A stretch of DNA of 64,000 nt from an uncultured Pseudomonadales bacterium. GTDB taxonomy: Bacteria > Patescibacteriota > Microgenomatia > UBA1400 > Chazhemtobacteraceae. The first letter of the stretch is position 1. Each line of letters starts with the position of its first letter. A program made the translations under genes and the position numbers. Below are positions 56,276-64,000 of this stretch, piece by piece. The notes beneath the pieces are model-generated. The model made no database searches. It had not been told where the DNA came from and worked only from the letters and a program-made list of their open reading frames with translations. The stretch covers positions 587,786 to 651,785 of the forward strand of contig CAYQZQ010000001.1 of the NCBI GenBank assembly GCA_964422035.1, written 5' to 3'.

Positions 56276-57394
56276 ATGAAGTTAACAATTTTAGCGAGTA
56301 ATTTAGAAAAAGCGATAGGCGTAACAAGCAGAAGCGTTGCAAGTAGGCCTCAGTTGCCGGTATTGGCAAATATTAAGTTGTCAGCAAATAAGCAAGGCTT
56401 GGAAGCTTTATCTACGGACTTGGAGATTGGATTTAAGGTAAATGTGGGAGCTAAGGTAGAAGAAGAAGGAGAGATTACTGTGGAGGCAAAGACATTGTCT
56501 GAATTAATTAAAACTTTACCAGCGGGAAAGGTTCTGATAGAAACAGAAAAAGAGATCTTGAAGTTATCTTCAGATGGAGTTGATGTGGAGTTGCCAGGTA
56601 TTGGAGCAGGAGAGTTTCCTTCTATTCCTTCTTTGGAGGGAGAGGGTCAGATGGAGATGTCGGCTGATAGATTGAAAAAAGTGGTAGGAAGAGTGAGTTC
56701 ATCGGCGGCAATGGATGAATCAAGACCGGTGTTGACTGGAATGCTGTGGGAGATAGGAAAGAAAAATATGGTGATGGTGGCAACTGATGGGTATAGGTTG
56801 AGCAAGGATAAAGTGAAGATAAGCAAGATTGATGAGAGTTTGGTAGGGAAGAAAATGGTTATTCCCAGTCGAGCTTTAGTTGAGCTAGTTAGAGTGATGG
56901 AAGAAGGAGTTGATAAGGTGATAGGTCAACTACAGGAAGAAAAACAGCAAGTTATTTTTCAAGCAGGAGAGATAGAGTTGGTGAGCAGGTTATTGTCGGG
57001 GGAGTTTCCTCCATATGAGCAGATAATGCCTAAAGGGCATGAAGTTAAGGTTAGAGTAGTTACAGAGGAGTTTGAGGAAGCGGTTAAGAGAGCGGCCATC
57101 TTTGCAAGGGATAGTGCTAATATTATTAAGATAAAAGTGGAAGATGGAGAGTTGATTGTGAGTGCTAATAGTGCCCAGGTAGGAAAAAGTAGAACTAGAT
57201 TGTCAGGAGAGGTTGAAGGAAGTGGTTTGGAAGTGGCTTTTAACAGTAGATATTTGCTGGATTATTTTAAGGCGGTGGAGACTGAGGAGATTGAAATGGA
57301 AAGTTTGGGGGGGTTGAAACCAGGTGTTTTTAAACAGGTGGGTGAGAGTAAGAACTGGGTGCAAGTAATCATGCCGGTGCGAGTACAAAAATAG
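56276..57394 (+). CDS. dnaN: DNA polymerase III beta sliding clamp
   Basis: PVLANI, TDLEI, RPVLTG, VATDGYRLS, SRLLSGEFPPY, FNSRYLLD, IMPVR. Confidence 0.97.
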   Translation: MKLTILASNLEKAIGVTSRSVASRPQLPVLANIKLSANKQGLEALSTDLEIGFKVNVGAKVEEEGEITVEAKTLSELIKTLPAGKVLIETEKEILKLSSDGVDVELPGIGAGEFPSIPSLEGEGQMEMSADRLKKVVGRVSSSAAMDESRPVLTGMLWEIGKKNMVMVATDGYRLSKDKVKISKIDESLVGKKMVIPSRALVELVRVMEEGVDKVIGQLQEEKQQVIFQAGEIELVSRLLSGEFPPYEQIMPKGHEVKVRVVTEEFEEAVKRAAIFARDSANIIKIKVEDGELIVSANSAQVGKSRTRLSGEVEGSGLEVAFNSRYLLDYFKAVETEEIEMESLGGLKPGVFKQVGESKNWVQVIMPVRVQK

Positions 57395-57395
57395 T

Positions 57396-58454
57396 CTACT
57401 GATATAGGTTTTCAGGTAGGGCAGGGACGATGAATCTTGATTGAGGGAAGTTAAGATCGTTAGTGGAGAGGGGGCCGGTTAGGGAGTAGACAGGTTGAAG
57501 CAGGTTGGGGTTTTGAGGATCGAAAAAGAATGATAAGCGAATATCTTGAACAGTTAAGTTAAGTTGGGAAGCAGAATTCAGTTGTTTTTCTTGTTTAATT
57601 AGGTTGGTACTGGGAAGTCTTTGAGCTTTTTGGGGAGCTGTTTGTTGAAGATTTGAATAAGAGGCAGGGGAAGAAGTGGAGATGGAGGTAATGGTTTGAA
57701 ATCCGCCTAAAATTTCAAGATATTTGATGTTAAGTTGGGAATCAAAGATGACGATAATAGGGGCGTTGTTTGTAGTGGTGGTATAGATAGGGAGGTTGTC
57801 AGGAGATTGGGTGAAAAAAAGACTTCTTAGTTTGTCGGGTTGGTCGTTTTGATAGTTTGAAGAGTCAAGAATGACTGGTTCACCGATGACTTGAAGTTGA
57901 GACGGTGAGTTTAATATTTGATTGAGTCTTTCAGTTATGTTTTGTTTGATGATTTGGTTGTTAGGGAACTCGGAAATGGGTAGTTGAGGAGAAGAGTTGT
58001 TAAAAGTAAGTTGATTGCTGTTTAGATTGACAGAGAGAGAGTGAGGTGGTTTTGACCAAACTAGAAAGGGAGGTTGGTTGGCGACTAAGTCTTGATTTGA
58101 GAAACCTAAGTTTTGAGCAATAGTTTGTGAGGAAGAGTTATTAATTAAAGGAGTCTGAATTTTGTAGAGATTTAATTTATCTGGCAGTTGAGGAGGTTGA
58201 GTCTGCCAGGAAATGATTAGGCCCTGGTCTTGATTTTGAAGTGGTGAGCTGGCTTGGGGGAGAGGAATCGGTGAGGCAGTAATTTGGGGAATAGGGGATG
58301 GTTGACTAGGAATTTGGGTTGGTGGGTTTTGGATAACTAGATAAGCAATTAGGCCAATAATTAACAAGGTGATGGCAGTAATAGAGACGGTGGAGAGGTT
58401 TAGAGAGGAAAGTTTTTGTTTTATGCCGGTGAGTATGTTTTTATTAAGGTCCAT
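57396..58454 (-). CDS. Single-TM extracytoplasmic hypothetical protein, last gene of the T4SS-like cluster
   Basis: N-terminal TM, Pro/Ser linker, LQPVY..G and VPAL near the C-terminus; overlaps the upstream gene. Confidence 0.7.
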   Translation of the reverse strand: MDLNKNILTGIKQKLSSLNLSTVSITAITLLIIGLIAYLVIQNPPTQIPSQPSPIPQITASPIPLPQASSPLQNQDQGLIISWQTQPPQLPDKLNLYKIQTPLINNSSSQTIAQNLGFSNQDLVANQPPFLVWSKPPHSLSVNLNSNQLTFNNSSPQLPISEFPNNQIIKQNITERLNQILNSPSQLQVIGEPVILDSSNYQNDQPDKLRSLFFTQSPDNLPIYTTTTNNAPIIVIFDSQLNIKYLEILGGFQTITSISTSSPASYSNLQQTAPQKAQRLPSTNLIKQEKQLNSASQLNLTVQDIRLSFFFDPQNPNLLQPVYSLTGPLSTNDLNFPQSRFIVPALPENLYQ

Positions 58455-60954
58455 AGATTTTTTGTCCGTTAATTAAACAAGCGTTGGGGGCAGAAGGGTT
58501 GTATCCGCTACATCCTTCAGGAACATTAACGCCTGCGGCTGGGCATTTATTGTATTTTATACCGACGTATTCAAGGTGAAGATGGGGATTTTGAAAACTG
58601 GGGACTGAGCTGGTAGCTCCGGAAAGGCCAATTTGAGTGCCTGGTTTGACTGATTGACCTGGTGATACAAAAGTAGCTGAGAGGTGACCGTATATAACCT
58701 GGAAAGATTGACCTTTTGAGTAAGCATCGAGAATTATCCAGTTACCGTAGACTCCTCCCCAACCGGTTATTTTGATGGTACCAGGAACCACGCTGTATAC
58801 AGGAGTGGCAACTGGAGCTGAGATGTCTATGGCTTCGATTGCTGAGTGAGAGAATGAGCCGTGAGGGCCTTGAGTTACGGGACCGCGGTTGCCTAGTGGC
58901 CAGGCAGGAGCACAGCCGTCAATGATGGGGCCGCTGTAGGGGGTGACTCCTTGTCCGCCGATTAGTGCGGGCAGACCAGATTCAAGTTGGACGATGGTGG
59001 AGATGAGCGGGCCGGCATTGAGGGCGGCTATGTAAAACAGAAGAACAGCAATGGAAGAAAAGATGAGTGTTACTAGGGCAGATGCACCGGCGGTGAAAGT
59101 GGCTGATATAGCAGATTGCAAAGCTCGTCCTAGGCCGGTAATTATTCCAATACCAGCAGATCCAGCCATAATAAAGGGAGCGAATAAGTCTCTCTTTTTA
59201 ACTTTTTCTCCGTAAAGGGTGACAGCGATATTTTGGACAAATTCTTTTACCTTTTTGATTATGGCTGTGCTGACGGTGATGATGATATCAACGACAACTC
59301 CTAGTCCTGGTACTACATTTAGAGATTCTGCGGCTATATGAATACCAAGTTGTTCCGCGGCTTGAAGAGAGATTTTTTTGAGCAGCTCTTTGGCACCTGT
59401 TTGGAAGCCTTTTTGAGCAAGAGTTTGTAGACCTTTTTTAAGTACTTGGTGAGAGGTTTTTTGGGCGAGGCGAGTAAATATTCTTTTACCCAAGAATGAA
59501 CTGGCTTTGGTTCGAAGGAAGCCGACGGGAGAGAGAACGGCTTGGATTGTGGTGTGGGAAGAGGCAGGGAAAAGTGAGAGAAGGCGATTTCTTAAAGGAT
59601 TTAGTTTAGATAAGAGGGGATTTTTTTGAGCTTGAAGGAGAAGTTTTTGGCCGGCTTCTGTGTCTGCTAGATTAAAATAATTAGAGAGAATAGAGGAATA
59701 AAATTTAAGATTGTTGTTCACTTGTTGATGAAGAGGATGGTCTGGTTGAGTTTGAGCTTGTTGGAGGGTTGATTGAAGTTGTTGGGGAGTAATTCCGCGA
59801 CCCAGGTAACGAATTAGCAGTGGTGAGAATTGAGGTTGATCAGGAATATTTTCAGTAAAGCTGGCCCAGGCTTCAGCTTCTTGCAAGGGAAATATTCTTA
59901 GGGTTGGGTTTTGTTTTCTTAGGGAAGAGAGAAGTTGGGGCTTGTCAACGTGAGATTCAGGGTTGGCTTGTTGGAAGATTTTTTGGGTAGTGGGGTGGAT
60001 GCTGAGTTGGTTAAGTGAAATATTATTGTTTTTATGGAAACTATTGAGCTGGTCAAAAAGTGGAGAGTCTTGAGGAACTGATTGATAATTTTGATCAACA
60101 ATGTCTTTTTGAAGATTTTTAAGATTGGTACTTTGAAGGAGTTTTTTGGTGTTGTCTTGATTGATTTTTTGTAGTAGGTGGTCGGTGTTAATGGTGGTGG
60201 AAAAAAGCGGGTCAGAGTAGTGGGTGTCAAGGTATTGTTGGGGTTTTTGGAAAAGAAACTCAAAGTCTGGTTGTTGGGCGGGTTGGACAAGAGGGGTGAT
60301 TTGTTGGTTAAGTTGGTAAAGAGAAGATTGAGATTGGTATTGAGGGCTGTTTTGAGCGAGAGCGAGGTCGGCAAGAATTGGCAGTTGTTTGGCGCTGGGT
60401 TGAAGAAGGGTAATGTCGTTGGCTAGAGTTTGTTGAGCTTTGTTGGTTTCTTGGGCGGGAAGTTGAAGGTTTTGATTTTGAATTTTTTGGGAAATGACTT
60501 GTTGAGCAAGGTCTTGATTGATCTGATGAGGGTCAGATTGAGGTTTGGTAGTGGAAGCTTTTTTTATGGTTTGGGTTTGGGTTTGATTGAGTTGTAGGGC
60601 AAGTTTTTCTTGAATGATTTTTAGTTGTTGGTGGTGAACAAGGTATGAGATGAGGTCTTTTTGGTCTTGTTCAAGAGAGGTGTTTTTGAGAGGTTTTTGG
60701 AGTTGTTGTTGGTAGTTTTGATACTGGACGACCAGTTGGGTTAAAAGAGCGGTGTCGATATAGTTGGTTTTGTTTTCAGGTTGAGGGGCGGTGAGAAGTT
60801 GTTTTAGTTGTTGGGGTTGGATTTGATAGAGATTGGATAGATCTTGAAGGAGTTGTTCCAACTCCTGTTTTTGTTGAAGGGTGAGCTGGTCTGACTCTTT
60901 TGAAAGTAGAGTTTGCAGCTGTTGACGCTTGGTTTCAAGTGTTTGATAATCCAC
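58444..60954 (-). CDS. Large membrane protein with C-terminal M23 peptidase domain
   Basis: Gln/Leu-rich N-terminus, hydrophobic segments, then SH..EAIDI, YGNWI, YGHL, SGAT..PHLHLE. Confidence 0.8.
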   Translation of the reverse strand: MDYQTLETKRQQLQTLLSKESDQLTLQQKQELEQLLQDLSNLYQIQPQQLKQLLTAPQPENKTNYIDTALLTQLVVQYQNYQQQLQKPLKNTSLEQDQKDLISYLVHHQQLKIIQEKLALQLNQTQTQTIKKASTTKPQSDPHQINQDLAQQVISQKIQNQNLQLPAQETNKAQQTLANDITLLQPSAKQLPILADLALAQNSPQYQSQSSLYQLNQQITPLVQPAQQPDFEFLFQKPQQYLDTHYSDPLFSTTINTDHLLQKINQDNTKKLLQSTNLKNLQKDIVDQNYQSVPQDSPLFDQLNSFHKNNNISLNQLSIHPTTQKIFQQANPESHVDKPQLLSSLRKQNPTLRIFPLQEAEAWASFTENIPDQPQFSPLLIRYLGRGITPQQLQSTLQQAQTQPDHPLHQQVNNNLKFYSSILSNYFNLADTEAGQKLLLQAQKNPLLSKLNPLRNRLLSLFPASSHTTIQAVLSPVGFLRTKASSFLGKRIFTRLAQKTSHQVLKKGLQTLAQKGFQTGAKELLKKISLQAAEQLGIHIAAESLNVVPGLGVVVDIIITVSTAIIKKVKEFVQNIAVTLYGEKVKKRDLFAPFIMAGSAGIGIITGLGRALQSAISATFTAGASALVTLIFSSIAVLLFYIAALNAGPLISTIVQLESGLPALIGGQGVTPYSGPIIDGCAPAWPLGNRGPVTQGPHGSFSHSAIEAIDISAPVATPVYSVVPGTIKITGWGGVYGNWIILDAYSKGQSFQVIYGHLSATFVSPGQSVKPGTQIGLSGATSSVPSFQNPHLHLEYVGIKYNKCPAAGVNVPEGCSGYNPSAPNACLINGQKIYGP

Positions 60955-61009
60955 GAATTTACGGTGGTTAGTAATTGTGAGTATAGTTTACTATGAACAA
61001 AGGAAGAAA

Positions 61010-62917
61010 CTAAGTTTGATCTGATTGAGGTGGGTTTGAAGAATCAGAGCTTTGATTTGTTGATTCTTGTTGGTCTTTTTCTCTTTTATCCAGAATTTCT
61101 TGAGGTTTGGTGGTTATTAGAGCGTGCTCATCGGGAGAGGAAACAACTCTGAGGGCGACGTGGTTTTGTCCGGCGAAAAAGATACCCTCTCCGACATTAG
61201 CAGAAAGAAGAAGGTGTTTTTCTCCTTGAGAGAGATAGAAAAGATCAGCCAGTTTATCAATGGCGGCGGGGGATTGTTTCATAAGAAACTGAATAGCGGA
61301 GTTGGTGACGATACTGGAGCCGTATTGGGAGTTGAGAAAGTCTTCAACATTTTGAGAGATGATACTAACCCCTAAATAATACTTTCTGGCGCGTTTAACA
61401 AAGCTTTGCAGGACCTGGGCAGAGTCCTCGTGTCTCATTAGGTACCAGGCCTCGTCAACGATGAGAAGACGGCGCTTAAGTTCTCTGCGAATTTGGGTCC
61501 AGATGAAGTCTAAGATCATGAACATGATAATTGGTCTGATTTCATCAGCGGTTTCTTTGAGAGAGAAAACAGTCATGGGTGAGTCAAGATCAATGTTGGA
61601 TTGTTGGTCAAAGATACCTCTTAAGCCGCCCTTGACGAATTTTTCCAGTCGGCGAGCTAGAGATTGGGCAGGTTTTTCTTCCATACCGATGAGAACTTTG
61701 TATAAGTCTTCCATACGGGGTGGTGGATTGTTGTGGGTACTGGGATCTTGGGTGATATTGCGCTGTTGATAGGTCAGGTTAATGGCTTGATTGAGTATGG
61801 CGTCCTGATCTGGAGATATTTCTCCAAGCATGATTTTTAGAAGAGAGGTCAAAAAAAGATGTTTGTAGTTCATTTCATCAGGTGATGAATTTTCTGCAGG
61901 GGGAAGCTGGAAAGGGTTTATTTTATTGGCAGAGGTGGTTTCAAAGGAGATGTGGTTGCCACCAACGGCTTTGCAGAGCATTTCGTATTCGTTTTCAGGG
62001 TCGATGATGATGGCGTTGGTGCCGAACATAAGAGAGCGAAGCATTTCCAGTTTGACAAGATATGATTTTCCAGCACCTGAGGTGGCTAGAACTAACATGT
62101 TGGCGTTTTCTAGAGAGAAGCGATCGAAGATAACTAAAGACTCGTTGTGTTCGTTGATGCCATAGAGGATGCCTTTATTGTCGGTAAGCTCTGAGGAGGT
62201 GAAGGGGAAAGTGGTTGAGAGAGCAGTGGTGTCCATGTTGCGGGTGATTAAGAGTTTGTCTTTACAGTAAGGAAGAGTAGATTTAAAAGCTTCTTCTTGT
62301 GAGAGAGAGGCAATTTTGGAAACGATGATAAGGGAGCCGAGAAGAGATTGGACTTGACTGGTGATGGTTTCAAGTTCTTTTTTGGTGTCGGTTGAGATGG
62401 TGATATAGAGAGAAAATTGGAAGAAGCGCTCAACTCCTTTGGTTAACTGGGATTGGAGGCTTTTAGCGTCTTCAAGTTGGGCTTGTGTGGAGGCTTGAGG
62501 AATACGACCCCTCTCGACGTCTGAACCGATTTCGGCCTCCATTTCGGCAATACGGCGGCGGAGTTTGTCAAGAGTACCTTTGACCTCGATGGGGTAAATG
62601 AACATGGAGACGTCTAGAGAGTGATCGAAGTTAATTAAGGGTGACAACCAGTTGGCAGAGACGTAGCGAGGGTAGCCGGCGACGAAAAGGGTGCGGGTAT
62701 AGGTGGAGCCGATTTTGAGATAAGTAAAATCAACTTCTATTGAGGGAGGAGCGATGATGTCTTGAACGTTTACAGTTCCGGAAGCAGCTGAGTCGGGTAG
62801 ATTTTTTTCTTCCTCCGGTTTTGATTGAATAGTAGGGGTGGATTTGGGTGGGGAAGGAGGTTGTTTTTTGGGGGATTGATCCTTTTTGTTTTGGTTTAGG
62901 AAAGGAAGTATGTTCAT
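61010..62917 (-). CDS. VirB4-like type IV secretion ATPase
   Basis: YGIN, FDRFSLENAN, Walker A ATSGAGKS, IDPENEY, INPF, Walker B IVDEAW, KRARKY, SQNVEDF. Confidence 0.9.
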   Translation of the reverse strand: MNILPFLNQNKKDQSPKKQPPSPPKSTPTIQSKPEEEKNLPDSAASGTVNVQDIIAPPSIEVDFTYLKIGSTYTRTLFVAGYPRYVSANWLSPLINFDHSLDVSMFIYPIEVKGTLDKLRRRIAEMEAEIGSDVERGRIPQASTQAQLEDAKSLQSQLTKGVERFFQFSLYITISTDTKKELETITSQVQSLLGSLIIVSKIASLSQEEAFKSTLPYCKDKLLITRNMDTTALSTTFPFTSSELTDNKGILYGINEHNESLVIFDRFSLENANMLVLATSGAGKSYLVKLEMLRSLMFGTNAIIIDPENEYEMLCKAVGGNHISFETTSANKINPFQLPPAENSSPDEMNYKHLFLTSLLKIMLGEISPDQDAILNQAINLTYQQRNITQDPSTHNNPPPRMEDLYKVLIGMEEKPAQSLARRLEKFVKGGLRGIFDQQSNIDLDSPMTVFSLKETADEIRPIIMFMILDFIWTQIRRELKRRLLIVDEAWYLMRHEDSAQVLQSFVKRARKYYLGVSIISQNVEDFLNSQYGSSIVTNSAIQFLMKQSPAAIDKLADLFYLSQGEKHLLLSANVGEGIFFAGQNHVALRVVSSPDEHALITTKPQEILDKREKDQQESTNQSSDSSNPPQSDQT

Positions 62918-63705
62918 GTTTGTTGGTTGTTTATTGATTGATGGGGTGACTTTGGTGGTTGTTGTTCAGTTGAAGCTGGTGTTTGGGCTGTTTGTTGTGT
63001 TTGTTCAGGTTGGGTGTCTGATTTTTTTTGAGCTTGGACAGCGGTGGTTTGATATTGGTCTGGTTCTGCCTGGTTGGGTAAGCCTTCGGGGTTGTCTGGA
63101 TTGTATATTTTGTAGAAAAGAGCCATGAGTTGTTTGGTGTTTAGTTGTTGGGCTTGGAGGCCAAGACTGGAGAACTGGCTGATCAAATGGTCGCGGCGAG
63201 GGAAAAGGTTGTCTTTGGCTTTCTTGAGGATGTAGTCGATTTTATAGGATGGTTTTTGTTGTTTGCTTGAGAAGGGGTTAAGTCCTTGAGAAAAAGTTTC
63301 TTTGAGGGTGAGTTGAGAGTAGGGAATGACGAGATAGAATTTTTTTTCTAAAACTTTGTTTTTCTTGACCAAGTTTTTAATGAAACTGCGATATTTAACA
63401 ACCTGCTCTTTTAATTTTTGTGACTGAGTTTGTTTAAGGTTGTTGTCGAGGCGCTGAATGTAGTCGGAGATATCTTTTCTGATTGAGCGCATGAGAATTT
63501 GAACTGGGAAAGAGAGAGAATTGAGAAGAGAGGCATAGGCGTAGATGATGGCGTCTTGCTCTTGTTCTGACAAGAGACCGAAGTTGATGGCGTTAAGCTG
63601 GAGGACTAGAGCTGCTGAGCCGTCTTTGAGAATAAGAAGATCGTCTTTAATGGTGTAGACATTGAGGTGATCTTGAGTGGTAGATTTTAATGCTTTGTTT
63701 AACAT
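62914..63705 (-). CDS. Conserved T4SS-associated protein (VirB4-adjacent, TraC/TraE N-terminal-like)
   Basis: STTQDHL, AINFGLLSEQEQDAII..Y..LNSLSFPVQI, FYLVIPY; overlaps the VirB4 start. Confidence 0.65.
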   Translation of the reverse strand: MLNKALKSTTQDHLNVYTIKDDLLILKDGSAALVLQLNAINFGLLSEQEQDAIIYAYASLLNSLSFPVQILMRSIRKDISDYIQRLDNNLKQTQSQKLKEQVVKYRSFIKNLVKKNKVLEKKFYLVIPYSQLTLKETFSQGLNPFSSKQQKPSYKIDYILKKAKDNLFPRRDHLISQFSSLGLQAQQLNTKQLMALFYKIYNPDNPEGLPNQAEPDQYQTTAVQAQKKSDTQPEQTQQTAQTPASTEQQPPKSPHQSINNQQT

Positions 63706-63723
63706 GGGCAGATGTTACTTATT

Positions 63724-63999
63724 TTAACTTGTTTGTTGACTGGCTTGTAGTTTGAGGGGAGGAATGATTTTGCCTTCTAGTTTTAAATCATAAGCGGGAA
63801 AATTATATTGGGGGTTTTCGGCGGTGATTTGGTAGATGCCGTTTTCCAGTGGTTTTACGAAACGGAACTGGCCAAGTTTGTTTGACTTGGTGGCTCGAAC
63901 AGTAGAGCCGTTTTTTAGAATTTCGATTAAGGTGTTCTCCATGATTTTGCCTTGAGGAGTTAAGGTCATACCAACGATAGTGTTGGGTTCTTCTGAAGG
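63724..63999 (-). CDS. C-terminal part of a PrgI-family-like protein with carboxypeptidase-regulatory-like domain (5' end outside window)
   Basis: Frame open to the window edge: PSEEPNTIVGMTLTPQGKIMENTLIEI..RATKSNKLGQF..PLENGIY; PrgI call is inferred from position. Confidence 0.55.
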   Translation of the reverse strand, partial: PSEEPNTIVGMTLTPQGKIMENTLIEILKNGSTVRATKSNKLGQFRFVKPLENGIYQITAENPQYNFPAYDLKLEGKIIPPLKLQASQQTS

Positions 64000-64000
64000 A

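Noticed and set aside
57396-64000. Integrative conjugative element
   Set aside because: No integrase, relaxase, att repeats or compositional break in view
1-64000. Alternative genetic code (TGA readthrough)
   Set aside because: Conserved genes such as dnaA and tsaD end at TGA at the expected lengths, and no conserved gene is interrupted

Overview
Core chromosomal region of a small-genome bacterium. Gene content points to Patescibacteria/CPR, most likely Microgenomates; this is inferred from gene families, not from a database search. It holds partial murJ, rpsT, a pilN/pilO operon with FN3, Cys-rich and PT-rich surface proteins, envelope and glycosylation genes (LCP, FemAB x2, GT2, GT-C, WecA/TagO, UbiA-type phosphoribosyltransferase, VanW, O-antigen ligase), two UvrD helicases and RmuC, and housekeeping genes (tpiA, gap, metG, valS, tgt, tsaD, groESL, rplY, rnhA, tRNA-Cys). 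It also has the jag-yidC-yidD-rnpA-rpmH / dnaA-oriC-dnaN block and the end of a VirB4-type T4SS-like cluster. No transposase, integrase, prophage or CRISPR array is visible. Highlights: (1) a B. subtilis-like oriC unwinding module across which the strong G>C skew does not reverse; (2) a VirD4/TraD-like ATPase fused to an S1 RNA-binding domain; (3) an unrecognised ~200-nt multi-stem RNA leader ahead of an M23 peptidase; (4) a terminator-type valS T-box with an ultra-short stem I; (5) many apparently leaderless promoters; (6) a shared LPxxG-xxx-PTL C-terminal sorting motif.
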